NCBI GenBank assembly: GCA_964187785.1
Contig: OZ076413.1
Location: forward strand, 47,494,001-47,558,000
From: Amphiscolops sp. MND2022
Lineage: Eukaryota
Length of the DNA: 64,000 nt
Direction: 5' to 3'
The position numbers and the translations under genes were made by a program. Shown piece by piece: positions 12,266 to 24,969 of the stretch (position 1 is its first letter; each line of letters begins with the position of its first letter). Below the pieces are notes generated by a model. The model was not told where the DNA came from, did no database searches, and saw only the letters and a list, made by a program, of their open reading frames with translations.

Positions 12266-13959
12266 CTGAAACAAAAAGTTTTGTAAAAATTCCTATTTCA
12301 TCGTTGTTATATCGAAAACAAGCCGAGCCAGCTCATGGCTCAAGAAGAGCGAAAGTACTTCAAAAAGTCGAGGAATCTTGAGGAAATTCTTTATCTCATA
12401 GTGCCCAGAAATATTTCAAAAGAATTTTGTTTTACCGGAAATTCAAAAACTGAAGCTTTTTTCTTTTTTGTGGAACGAAAATTTCCCCAAAAAAATCCCA
12501 CAGTGCAGAAAAAACCCAAAGGGTTTTGAAAATGCTTTTCTTATCCAAAAGTATCAAAAAAAACAAAAGTGAGATCCTTTTGGAAATTATTCGAAAATTT
12601 TTTTGCACAATTCCAAAAATAACACTCAAATTCTTTTTAATGCGAATACGTGAGAAATACGAATGGAGAGACCTTTCCATCCAACTCGAAAATTGTTGAA
12701 CTTCGGATTTTGGCATTCGATGCGAAATGGTCACTTCGACCGGATTGAAAAAAGAAAAAAAAGCGACGAAAAGTAACTATAATAGCCGCTCTTTGTTTCA
12801 TAAAATGCAAAGAGAAAATAAAAATTAGTTAATTTCCGATGGATTGCTCTGCTAATTTTTCCGGATACACGGTCTTTTTGCGGTAAAAAAGTTGCTTCTA
12901 ATTTTTTGGAATGTCCTGAATTAGAACAAACAATAAAGACAAGAGGAGGTGTTTTGCATTCTAATAAGAGAAACACGGTACAAGACATGCCTCATTACAA
13001 TAAAAAACGCAGTCCTTTTTCCTCTCAGTTTTCAGTTTGCAGAGCAGCTGGATGTGCATCAGTTGGAGTGAATCAGTTGCAGCAGCTGGAAGTGAATCAG
13101 TTCGTTTGACATGCCAATCTTTTTCATAATTTAGTTCTCAGCTTGTGTAATCTTCGGTTATAATCTACATTTAAGGTGTCGATAAAACCTGTCATGCCTT
13201 TAATAAAAATTTGATCACATTTAACGATCTGTCACTCGAATGGCGTGACAATGTCTTTTATATCCTGAATGTTGATTTAATGATGCTAAAATTGTTTCAC
13301 GACTTAACTGAATTATGCCAAATGAATGCGCCAAAGTGTCACGTGTCACGTATGGCAGGATGATTTTTCAAAGTTTAACCAGTCGGGAATTTGCAATTGC
13401 CTAAAACTTCGGTAGCTGACGGTGTTAAAATTACATGATGTTCAAAAATTCCCACTGCGTCACAAATGTGAAAGGATAATCCTTGGTGTATCTCTGCGCC
13501 CAAAAAAACACCTTAACAAAAAAGTCAAAAATGGAGACTTTTTCGAATGAAATGTCCGATGGGACTTTTTTTTCAACGTCGAAAAAAATACTAAAGCACT
13601 GCCTTGCATAAGAAAAAGAGTATATTGCGCAAAATTACCAAATTTCGGTAATGAGTAATTTCAGTGTTAGTTTTGGCGTTGGATAGAAAATGAGGAACAA
13701 TTTGCCTTTGTAAGAATTACACACTCCGGAGCTGAAACCAAATGATAGGGGGCTCATGAAAACAGTTCCTCCAAGTTGAAGTCAACAGCACCTTTTCATT
13801 TTTTTTTCAATATTGCAAACACATCTATCATAATTTTATGATTTTATGAAACTCTCACCGAAATATCAAGTCAAAAATATTTATCCGCTGTACTCAGCTT
13901 TCATAAAGCTGCGTACAAAGTTAATCAATATTTCTGAAACGAACTTTTAGCAGGTTTCA

Positions 13960-14225
13960 AAATGCCTTATTTCTATTTTTGAAATGCAGTTGAAACGTCA
14001 TCAACTTAGCTAGCATTTTGGGGTTAAGTAACTTGTCACAGGATGAACAGCAAACTAGCGTCACTTTTAGCGTGCTGTTCGAGTAACGGTGAAAATATCA
14101 GATGAGTAGTTGAGAAGGTCGGCGGCAGGCATTTGCCACCGGAACTGCTCCGAGTTTTCTAGATTTGGGGAACAATACCCTGCATGCAGGCCTGCAGCAT
14201 GTAAGCAATTCGAGTCGACATGCAC
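13960..14225 (-). repeat. dispersed repeat related to the arm at 17723-18000 (inverted copy)
   Basis: The reverse complement contains ATGCTGCAGGCCTGCATGCAGGG and GAACAGCACGCTAAAAGTGACGCTAG, matching blocks at 37022-37045 and 17950-17980. Boundaries approximate. Confidence 0.55.
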
Positions 14226-14569
14226 AGTCATATTTTTCAACTAAGAATTGAATAAATAATCATGGGAATGGCAAGAACTAAATCAGTTGAAAAGCTCACA
14301 AAAACAACATTACCTAGTAAAAAAAATCGAGAACTACATTGATCGTATGAGTTTACCGCCTCTCTGTAAAAATTGATTGTGAAAGAGAATTGTGAAATAT
14401 ATGTCTTTTAAACGAAGCCGGGAAGATCTAAAAATGGGAAAAGAATCCGGGACAAAAATTGAATCAAAGCAGGTTCGGACGATTTTTACTCCACTCAGTA
14501 CATTCCAATGGTTTTTCATTTAGACACTCTTTTTGGACCTTCCAGCATGCATGAGTTCTTTTAAATTTC

Positions 14570-15195
14570 AACAAGACGGGAACGTCTAAAGTCGGCGCTG
14601 TATCTAAGACTTGAAAAGCACCAAGATTTTAGGATATGCTCAGGACGTTTTTCAATGAAAACGTTTCAGTTTCGAAACACCGAAAAGGTGCCTTCCGAAC
14701 TCGTCAAAGGGATATAACGTCAAAACTTCGGATATAGCGCTATACTCAGGAAAGTTTGTCAAAATTTTAGAAAAATAATATTTGTGGAATTATAATTTGT
14801 GAAAAACCTAATTTTGGATTTAAACAATTTTGAAACAGTCTCATAGTGTCGAAAAATTTAAAAGGGGAGACCCTTTGGGTTTTTGGAATTTCAGTTTGAT
14901 GCAAAATGACAAATATTTGAAGGAGGGGCCCTTTGGAGACAAACAAAATTTCGAAAAAGGTCGCACAATGCCGAAACAAAATCAAAGGGAGGGACACTAT
15001 AGTCTCGTCCGGTTTTGTCTCTTACGTTAAAAATGAAGTAAATGGATGGGAGGACCCTTTTCACTAACTTCGATGCGTTTCTGCTTATCGGTCAGGTAGT
15101 TTAGTAGTTCTCTAAAAAGTGTCCACTTCGCATACATTCTGTTATCTGACGAAAAAAACTAGTCACTGTAATAGTCGGACTTTTTTCCTTGAAGG
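14570..15195 (+). mobile_element. non-autonomous Helentron/HINE-like repeat (copy with a degenerate 3' end)
   Basis: Starts AACAAGACGGGAACGTCTAAAGTCGGCGC, carries internal AAGGGGGACCC-type motifs and ends CACTGTAATAGTCGG, as in 15841-16390. Confidence 0.55.
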
Positions 15196-15840
15196 ATGGT
15201 TTTTCATGGAATAGTATAAAAATCAATCAGATATCGCGAAACAACCTCGATGATGTTTTTAACCTTTCAGATAGTTTTAGGTTTCAATGCGGAAACACTA
15301 CGTATATCTTAGCCCCAATACAGTCCTTGAAAAGGCTGACAGTTTCAAATAATAGTAAAAAAAAGAGTTTTTTCAAACTTACGCAACTTCATTAGGTTTT
15401 CGATGTTTGGAGAAGTCGATTTCTATGTAAGGTTCTATTTCTCAAACGTATTTTATTTTCCGCCCATATTCCATATGGGAGAAGAAAAATTTTAAATCAG
15501 TCGTGTTGTTTTCCAAAATTTGCCAGGTTCCAAACTTACACCCAAATTAAAGGGTTTCATCTTAGAATTCAACTGACATAAAGTTAGTTTCGTGCGAGTT
15601 GTATTTGTAGAGAATTTTTAGAAATTCTTCGTTGACTCTGAAATGGCGCCAACCCAAATGATTCAAAATGACCTAAAAATACAAAAATGCAAAATTGTGT
15701 CTAATTTGACGTTTTCAAGCAAGTATCGTACAAATTTTTTTCACAGGTATCGTGGTTTAAAACGTTCAAAAGAACTCAATAACGAAAGTACTAGAAACGC
15801 AATACGTTAGTTTTGGAAAAATTTGGCAGTTGTTTGCCAT

Positions 15841-16390
15841 AACAAGCCGAGAACGGCCAAAGTCGGCGCCATATCTAAGGCTCAAAATTTAAAAGGGGGA
15901 CCCTTCGAGCTTTGTGACACTCCAGCTGGTTGCAAAAAATTTTAAAAAATTGAAGGGGGGACCCTTTGGAGGCATGAAAAAATTTCCCAAAAAGATTTTT
16001 AATGAGATTTTTGAACAGTGTCATAGTGCCGAAAAATGTAAAAGGGGGACCCTTTGCGAATTTTTGACTTCCATTGTGTTGCAAAATATCGAAACAAATG
16101 AAGGGGGGACCCTCTGGTGCAATCCAAAAAACTTCAAAAAAAGTCGCATCGTGCCGAAAAAAAGTGGGGCTAAGGTGGGATCTTTAGTGTGTTTTCGAGG
16201 TTGTGGACGTCTGTTTTGTTTTTTCTTTTCGTTTTGAACACGCTTCTGAGGTTGGAGTTGTTGAGGTTTGAAGTTGTTGAGGTTTGAGGTTGTTGAACAA
16301 ATGAACAAAAAAGTGGACCTTACGTGTCTAAAAAAAACTACCCACTGTAATAGTCGGGCACATTTTCTACTAAAATGCGCCGACTAAAAA
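15841..16390 (+). mobile_element. non-autonomous Helentron/HINE-like repeat
   Basis: AACAAG start; subterminal inverted repeat AGTCGGCGC (15861-15869) / GCGCCGACT (16377-16385); imperfect 3' hairpin AGTCGGGCACATTTT-CTACT-AAAATGCGCCGACT; four internal AAGGGGGACCC motifs; a GAGGTT/GTT microsatellite; A-rich flanks. The class assignment is inferred from architecture only. Confidence 0.6.
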
Positions 16391-17722
16391 CACTTCTGTA
16401 CTTCTTTCTGTTGATTATTATGTTAAAAGTGTTCATTGACGAAAACAATAGTAATACAGTAAAATGTTGAAAAGATTACAAGTTTTTTGCCAGAAAAACG
16501 CCTTGAAGGCAACCGAACAATAACGAAAAGGAAATTTTGGTATTTCAGTCCAATTTTGTTCAATGTATGGACTCTTTCGAATGTTAGAACTTTATCTGAA
16601 CTTACAAACTGAAACAATAGGCTCAACAGTGTGCTTTTTACAAGAAAACCCGAAATTTTAATCGAAAGTTTTCTAGTAATGAAAATAGGCCCCTCCGGGG
16701 CTCAGTACTATTTCTGCTTTAATCTTTATTTTTTTGGAACAAAAAAATCATTAATAAAAGAATCATATCTGGAATACCAATAAACTCTTGTTCAATCATT
16801 ATTTAGCGCACAATTACATGTAATCACTGTACAAGTTTACACCGCCTTTAATTCTTCTCGGACTAAAGAAAATATAACTACTAAGCGTAGACGAAGTTTC
16901 GCATTCGCATTTGAATGCAGGCGAAGCTCTCAACGAACGAATAATTAACACTCATTCGCTTCATCTCAATAACTCGGGGCAACGAAAGCACAATTACGAA
17001 CATTCGCTCGCTTCATCTCAATGACGTCAGCATACGAATGGATAATTAGCACTCGCTCGTTCCATCGCACTAGAATTGAATTGTTGTCGGCAGCTTTCCC
17101 ACGCTTACAGTTACTGCCGAACAAAATATCTGAATTATTCAGTATCACGACAAAAATTGTACTAAAAAAAAGAAGTAGAAAGTTTGAGGTTACAATAATA
17201 TTCCTGCTAAAGCAGAAATATTAATAACAAATTATTCTAAAATTTCCAAATTTTCTGGAACATACTCCCAATTTTGGAAGTTTCCAAGCACTTACTTTAT
17301 TTGGGAAGAGCCAGGCTCAGCATTGATTTCATCAGGAATCAGTATGCATTACAAAAAAAATCGGAGAAAAATTGCTTCCAAAATCCTCTCAAAAACGTAA
17401 AAACCATGAGTTTTTTCCATTTTCCAACAAACTCCATTCATAATTTGAACGATTCGATGTTCAAAAAATTCAAGCCGAGTAAGTCAGAAAGTCAAAAATG
17501 TGAAATCCAAATTGTATTTAGTGTGTTTTGTGCGAAGTTTGTTAATTTTACGTGTCTTCTCAGAGTTTCTAGTTTTTTTGAGTATCCAGACCTCGCGTAT
17601 TCCGATATTTGATTTTTTGATCTTTTCTCATTTTTTGAATGTATTTAGCATTGGGATTGCATTTTCGTGAAACTTACAGTGAGACTGGTATCGCAGTTTA
17701 ACTACAAAACTTTTGCGTTCCC

Positions 17723-18000
17723 TAGTCGAGATTGCTTGAACTTTTTGCATGCTGCATGGAAACATGCAGGCTAATTTTTTACAAAACATGAAAAATTCCG
17801 GGAGCCTGCATGGAAACATTTTGTAGGATTACAATGCAGCCTCCACTATTTGAATTAAAACTGAAAACAAATCCATTTCTTCAACCTTGCGTTCACTTTG
17901 TTTTCACGCGTAAGTTTCTCAAGTAAGTACCTTATGTCATCACCGTTAGTAAAATAGCACGCTGAATATAACGCTACTTTTGAACTTATAGTTAGAGCAA
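17723..18000 (+). repeat. dispersed repeat, probable terminal arm of the hAT element
   Basis: Starts TAGTCGAG. 17764-17990 aligns closely with 39813-40017 and more loosely with 36997-37270. It lies next to the 3' end of the hAT transposase remnant. Confidence 0.6.
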
Positions 18001-18129
18001 CCACAAACACTCTTTTATTTTTGCAAAAATATTTCCAAAAATTATGACTTTCTTTTTCGATTGTTCCTTATTTTATACCTTCAAAATCTTTAGTTTTGAT
18101 GAAAAGCAGCCATGAAAGATTTATTTAGT

Positions 18130-19047
18130 TGACTCCCCAGCTATAATCCCATTCATGTCTGTCATAGATGCTAGCCTTCGCTCAATATACAGTCAAACGG
18201 ATCTTCAGCATCCAGTTCTTTGATGAAATCATGGACCACTTTGTAACCTTGCAACAACCCAACTCCATTGCCTTGAAGGGTCGAAATTGCCATGCCAATT
18301 CTCTGATACCGAGTAACTTGCACTAGCTGCAGAAAAACACTGTGCGCCATAATCGCCTCCTTTGCTCGTGAAGCTAGTGTCATTGTGGTGTCTCGAGAAT
18401 CCCATGAATGAATAATTGATTAAACCTTCTCGAAATAGCGCGAATAGTAAGTAGCAGCGTTGACCCAAGAACCCCATCATGTTGAAACGGGCTGAGGTGG
18501 ACAGAGTATACTAGAATCCTTGAATTGTTGTTGGCGTGTCTTCTTTTTAATAGTTGCAGCCTTGGTATTAGCTATCAAGCGGTCCACATTAGGTAGAAGT
18601 AATCGAATTTTCTCGGCTGCGTTGTTCAGTAAATGGGCAAAACAAGTTGTATGGTTGATATCTGTATAGACATCCTTCAACAGTTCACCTGCTTTGATCA
18701 TGTATGCCGTAGCATCCGAAGAAAAATGAAGTACGTGTTTGCGATCTATGCCCATCATTTTAACGGCGTCGTTTACAACTTGGCAAATCTTATTCATTTG
18801 TTGTATCCTTAACAACTGCTTCATCGCACATGACTGTAATGTCAAATCCAGAGAGTTCCTTTCGTATCTGAATCAATTTTGTTTCATGTAGATCAGTAAC
18901 AACTTTGTGACATGCACTTTCGGATGGCATTGTCACTCCAAGTTTCTCAAACATTGTTTTGATGGAAGGGTTTCGTAATTTATGAAGCGCAATATTTGCC
19001 TGTAGAAAACCTTCAACAAAAATTAACGTTTTGGTGTTGTACATTGT
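18130..19047 (-). pseudogene. hAT-superfamily (CGGBP1-related) transposase pseudogene
   Basis: Consecutive fragments FLQANIALHKLRNP, ITVMCDE, FSSDATAYMIKAG, HTTCFAHLLNNAAE (CxxH motif) and PQPVST*WGSW (TRW motif), with frameshifts and a stop. Confidence 0.8.
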
Positions 19048-19095
19048 TGTGTTACTAGTTGAAACATACGTTCATGTAGTAACTAGTGAATGCAT

Positions 19096-19605
19096 TAACC
19101 TGGCAGATTTCTTACAAGATTCTTGCAAGATTTCTCTCTTTTTCAAAGGCTGCCTCTCCTCAAGATACTTTGACAATTGAAACAATTATTCCCTTCAAAA
19201 CGGAAAAGGGTTCAATGCTGAAAATTTTTCTTTTCTGATTGGAGTTCATCCGATACAGTTAGATGCAACTCCAGTGAGCATTGAATCAGAGCCGTTGAAG
19301 ACCACTTTTTATGTGCGATGTTTAAAACCCAATTAAAATAGGTGGTTTTGATCTTTGTATCTTTTATAATGCTTTGTGTTCACGGCCATAGAAACTTCTC
19401 AATTTGCAGCAGAATTTTTGTCTGCATAGTGATGTAAATCTTGCAAGAAATTTTTCTTGGTGATGCAAGTCTTTCAAGAATCTTGCATGGTATGTGACTT
19501 TTCTGTCAGATTTTTGCAAGATTTGCCTTTTCTGCCACAATCTTGCAAGATTTACATTTTTCATGATTGTCTTGCAAGATCTGTTTTTTTTCACGACCAT
19601 GGTGT
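19096..19605. repeat. MITE-like unit with clusters of the TCTTGCAAGA palindrome at both ends
   Basis: Palindromic TCTTGCAAGA or near-matches at about 19111-19130 and repeatedly at 19439-19580; exact termini unresolved. Confidence 0.5.
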
Positions 19606-21293
19606 ATGAAGTCCATCCTGTTCATATGATAATGTATGGTATTGCATGAGATCTCAGCTCAAGAATCTTGTTACTGAAAACGTGAGTAAAATTTGGAGTT
19701 AGTACATTTTGCTTTTCTTGACGAAAAATTTCTTTGAAACTAAGTACACGGACTAATTCAAATGAATTTTTTTGAATTCTAAACGCTCAGTGAAATATGA
19801 TTTACCGGTCAGAGAAAATTAAAGAGACATATCATGACTGTTAATAAAAGCTGTATCGGGCTTGTGAAGTTGTCGGCACTGTGCTACTCAATGTTTTGGG
19901 AAGTTGTTCATTTTTGTTTTGCTCTGTTAAACTTTTGGAGCGTCGAGAAAGACACAGAATTCGACAGTAAGTTACTCGTTTTTGTGTCTTTGTATGGCCA
20001 CTGTTAAGTTGAACGCACCAAGATAAGCGGATGGTTTGAATAAAAGTAGAGCAAGCTCTTTTGTGAAGTAAGCTACTTAGATTTTCGGATGTCTACATCG
20101 GTAGTCTACATGTTTATTCGGGCATCTACATCACTTTCTTTATCCAAGCAGGTAAAGGTTTCTTCCAAAAGCTTTTTGCTCCATACAAAGACGAATTGGA
20201 CGAGTAAAAGTATGAGTAAGTGCGCGCAAGTCTACATCAAGGTGTAGAAAATGGTGATTTTGAAGAAACTGTAATTGGCTAGATGAAGCTTCTTCTCTAC
20301 ATCTGAGGACTATTTTTCTCTTAGCTTAGAAAAATAAGTGACACTTATAGAAGAACAAAAAAACGTTTGGGTCTTTCTTTTTTTATTTCCGAAAACGTAA
20401 AAATCCAAACCTCAAAACCATTCCCATGTTAGCTTTTCAATTAGAAAATATTATAAATTAGTTTTCAATTTAGAAAAATTTTTATTTGGTTTTTCAGTTA
20501 CAAAAAGTACTCAGCTGTTTTTTGGGATTTTTGAGACGTTCCGGCCAAAATTCCAGCTTTCTTGGACTAATTTCCAATTTTCTTATTATTCAATATGGCT
20601 CGTACCAAATGAAAGCAATCAAAGACACAGATAGTGCGCGTGTATGATATTAGAAAACATTGTACGAATTCAATTCCCAAGGAAGTTCTTTTTCAATTCA
20701 CAATTTTGGACACCACGGCATGCCGGTCGCAATTTTTTTCTAATTTGTTTTCTTCCTTTTTCGAACTGCGACCGGGAAACTCTTCGAACATCAATTAATT
20801 CTGTTGAGAAGATTACATCAACTGAGAAATCATACAATGACCTCTAACATAATGCAATTCTCGCCATTGGAAGTAAGCAATCAGTAAAAAACAAAGAAGT
20901 GAATTGAAAAACAATCCAGAAAGGAAGTCTTTTTGTTCAACTTTGACAATAAAAGACAAAAAATCAACTGAAGAAGTAAAAAGAACTAAAAGTGTAATTG
21001 TGAAACAATCAACTAAAAACTTGAGGTCAACTTTTATGGGGAAAAAATGGTTTGAGAAAATTTCCAAAAGAGTCCCGAATCATAATTCAAGTTGATACAG
21101 CTTGGAAGGAAGTGCATTTCCCCAATTGTGCTGGTTGGAACCTCAATAGGCAGCTAGAACCCGAAATTTTTGTATACATACTTTTTAATTTTTGAGGTTT
21201 CCTGTGAAGAAAAACAGTTTCCCGAGTCCTAAACTGATCTCTGTTTTTTTTCGTCTTGTTAGACTGATCAGTTTTTTTCGTAGTCTTGTTCAC

Positions 21294-21760
21294 TGTTATG
21301 CGAATCTACTGAACTCTTCCTGATTGTGTGACCTTGATTACTGAGTTTCAAAACCGTTTTGAGGGTGCTCTTCCTGTGATTTCCTAACATTTTTAACTTT
21401 GGGGTTTCTGTGTAGATCATCGGACCGATGGTTCATCGTAGTGTTATTACCTCCTCAGTCTGCCAATCGTATTTTCAATGGAAGGAAGGACTTGCTCCGT
21501 CATTGCGGAATTTATAACTGCTAGTATTTGCGAATTTAAGTTAGTTTTGATTTTTTCTAGCTACCTAGCACCTTGGTTGGTAATTCCTTCATTGATCATT
21601 CTTGCAGTCTCGGTGGTTGCTTCACTGTTTTCTCTACTGTTTGTATTTAACAGTGATCTAAAGTCCTCACTTATTGTTATGATAATTCGCTGTAAATTAT
21701 TAGACTCTAAATCTGTTTCATATATCCTCCTCTTTTTGGTGATTTTTTGACTCCCCACTT
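21294..21760 (-). pseudogene. coding remnant of an LTR-borne coiled-coil (gag-like) ORF, homologous to 59696-60146
   Basis: FRSLLNTNSRENSEATTETARMINEGITNQGAR*LEKIKTNLNSQILAVINSAMTEQVLPSIENTI aligns ungapped with FRSLLNTENRIENEVTIDTSRFISTEISQQVSKKLDEPKRDLSTQITESISSAIQETILPSLQNSL. The minus strand ends ...CATAACA at 21294. Confidence 0.65.
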
Positions 21761-23270
21761 AGTAGGTAAAATAGCAACAACGATTTGAAAAGCGATAGGT
21801 CTGATAGTTCAAAGAATCGCTTAGATAGGCTTACATCTACTATTCACAAGTTCAATCACTATTTACATCTCCAAATAACTGACAGCAACACTACATGATA
21901 CCTCATTCGAAAGCAAATAGTGAATACACTCATGGCACTGTGATGGACGTTGAGTCTGTCCAGCTAGAAGAAATGTAAATGAGCTGTAATCTGATTCAAT
22001 GAATGGAAATAGGACAGTGCGTCCAAAAAACTACATCAGTAATTCATTTGATAACGTTTCCTTCTTTGACGCAACCGAATGTTATTCATCCAATTAGCAC
22101 TAATTCAGCCTGTTGTGTTGGCCTTGATTGCACGCTACGACAATAATTCATCATTGAAACAGGCACAGATTGAATCAATAATTAACTGAACATATCATAA
22201 TGTAACAAAAATAATAGTTTGATGTGACCGTTTGGACCAATGGTCTTGACGGTTCAAACAGGGAGGACACCTCGTTTGGGGTTATTGTTATCCTTCTTAG
22301 AGGGGAACTTGATAAAAGTTGCCTGTGACGGCAACCTGCGTCCGTTTTCTTTATGGTTGTTGCAGAAAACTTTTTCGCTTCTTTGCAACTTTCCACGATT
22401 TTTTTTACTAGAGCTTCGCTCCTCATATTTCTTTGAAGTACTAAATTTAGAAAACGTGTCTTTTGAGTCTAAACTGTCACACTCCTAGTTCATTTTCAAA
22501 CAGTGCATTTTTTGGGCTACATTATTTCGAAACTAGGTCGTACCAAAAAACAAATCCAAGATTTGAAAACAGTTCCTTGTTCAGTTTAATTGAAGTTCTG
22601 GGGTTAATTGGCTTGTTTTATCTTGGATTTCGGTTTTTAGAGGTAATGATACTTTTATGACTTTCAAAGTTCGCCCAAAAGTGTTTTCGAACGAACTAAT
22701 CAATATTTTGATCACTAAATTTTCGTTAAAATCTGTTGTTAAATGAATTTTTCAAAAAAACGGCGAAGATCAAATTTAACTCATGTCATTTTTGTGATTA
22801 CAGATCTAATTTCACTGATTTTAGAGTTTATCCCAGTGTTTTGAATCTTTTTTCAGTATTAATAAAACATCATTCTCCAGATGATTAGTAGTAGTTTTGT
22901 TTTTCTTTTCAATAACTTTCAGATCGTATTTCAGTAAATTCGGATTTTTCATAGGATTGTGGAAATTTTAGTTTTTGGCGTCCACAAAAATCCATTGCTT
23001 TTGCGCCAAGTTTATACGACCGATACGACTATATTAATCACGTTTTTAGACCGCCCGAATAGTGAAAACAGCTGAACAGGCTGACAATAGCATGCTTCGA
23101 TATGGCTTATTTGGCAAACTAGGTATTTACTTAGTGAACGAAAGTTCTTAGGTAGAATATATAAGTTATGGAATGACGTCAACAATGAAATGATTCGATT
23201 CGGCTAAGTCAGAGTTGATCGCTGAGAGTGAAATTTACTTAGTTTTTCTTTTGTGCGAAAATGAGGATCG

Positions 23271-24969
23271 TGTAAAATTACACCACCTTCCGTCCCGGAG
23301 AACTACCGAACCGTTCCGGCTGAAACTTGGCACACGTATACCTGAGCTGTTATGCTAGTCGTCTATAAAAACGGAACCGAGCCAGAACCCCCAGTCCCGG
23401 GCTATTAGCACCGGAAGTGGCGTAGGTCAACCACCCTATGATCTCGTCGGCCAAGAACGAAATAATTTATGTAATGTATGGAATTGATAGCCCATAGGAT
23501 ACTATGCCGTTTGCGCATATTTTCGGAACACTACGACGCGCGCAGGAGGAGCACGGACCCTATGTAAATTAACCCGGAATGTTATGTAAACGACCAACAG
23601 ATGAACCGAGGAACATGAAACTTGCCTAAGATGATCACCTAGCAACACTAAGTAAAATACATGAAAGATACAATAATCGGTCCACCACGCGCTGATTAAT
23701 GTTTATTTAAAGCACGCGGGAACAGGCGCGCGGGCCCAACCCATAAATGACATTTGATCTTGGCTTGTAATACCTCGAACGAACCGGAACAATGAATGTA
23801 GTCGATCACTAACAAGAATGGAACTGTATTTGTAACCCATGCGGGGGTAACCGCCTTAAGTAAACAAACGATACGCATAGGATGTAACTCGGGAACCATT
23901 GACCCTAGGATGATATAACTTGGCATGTAGCAAACTTGGATGAGGACGAATAACTTCAAGGTCACAGGCTGACCTCAAGGTCATTCTAGATGCAACCCCT
24001 GACCATGCAGAGAAACTTACGATAAAACATGTAAATCAGCGTCTTTGCGTGATAATTTATTCATTTCAGTCAGACAAAAAAATTCGTGAGGAACCGCGCT
24101 CAGAATAAGAGAAAATTACCCCTTACAGTAGATAACATGTAAACCATGTAATTGAAGGTCATTGACCGATTGTCCCGATACTAGAAATATATCGATTGAC
24201 TTGAATTATTATTGAAATGCGAACTTTGTACAACCATCGTTGAAGTATTTTTCGTTGGCGGCGAAGTATGTCTGGCCGAAATATAACTAGCGCGCTGCCA
24301 TGCCATAAAAGGAATGAAGCTAAATGAAGTTAAAAGCATGCAAATAAGAGGGCGACATCGGTACCACAAAAATGCGGGCGATGAAAAAAATATAATTGAG
24401 GCGGAATTGGAATAAATTTGAACAGACAGAACCGAGTTAGAAAGCTGGAATCAAGTTGAGTCTCGCGGAGGCAACATATTTATTCGGAATACCACTCGCG
24501 CTTCTCGACAACCGAGTAAGAGAGCTTGAAGAGAGTTGAGTCTCGCGGAGACAAGAGACACTTCTAGAAGTCTACGTTGTCGATAGCTCAGTAGATTTGC
24601 TGACAAGTCCGGGACTTGTGATTGTGATTTGGTTGAAGTTGGAGCTTCAACAAGGTTGAATTGCCGCTAACGTACCTAGGCTGAAGCGGGATTCGGTTGC
24701 CATTGTATCTTTTTTTTTAAACTGGGAATTGTATAAAGTTTTTCATGAATATATTCGCGTGGATTTATAGCTATAATCCTCATATTCAATTGAAATATTG
24801 GAAGCTGAATTCCCGTGAGTTGATAGTCGTGAGCCGAAAGAGCATTGTCTGGAGAGAGAAATTGACAGTAACTTCAAGAGAGAATTGGCTAACTCACTAA
24901 AACAACTTTTCTGTCTGTCAAGCTTCCAATTGGAGGTAAAACTCTCTCCAAGCCCCAAATTTTCTTACA
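23271..24969. mobile_element. putative long solo LTR (~1.7 kb)
   Basis: TGTAA...TTACA termini bracket a compositionally distinct, GC-richer non-coding block with an internal direct repeat (AGTTGAGTCTCGCGGAG near 24454 and 24534). No convincing TSD. Confidence 0.4.

Noticed and set aside
15890..16115. CRISPR-like array of AAGGGGGACCC motifs at roughly 60-80 bp spacing
   Set aside because: The motifs are short and degenerate, the spacers resemble each other, the context is eukaryotic and there are no cas genes; these are internal repeats of a non-autonomous TE.
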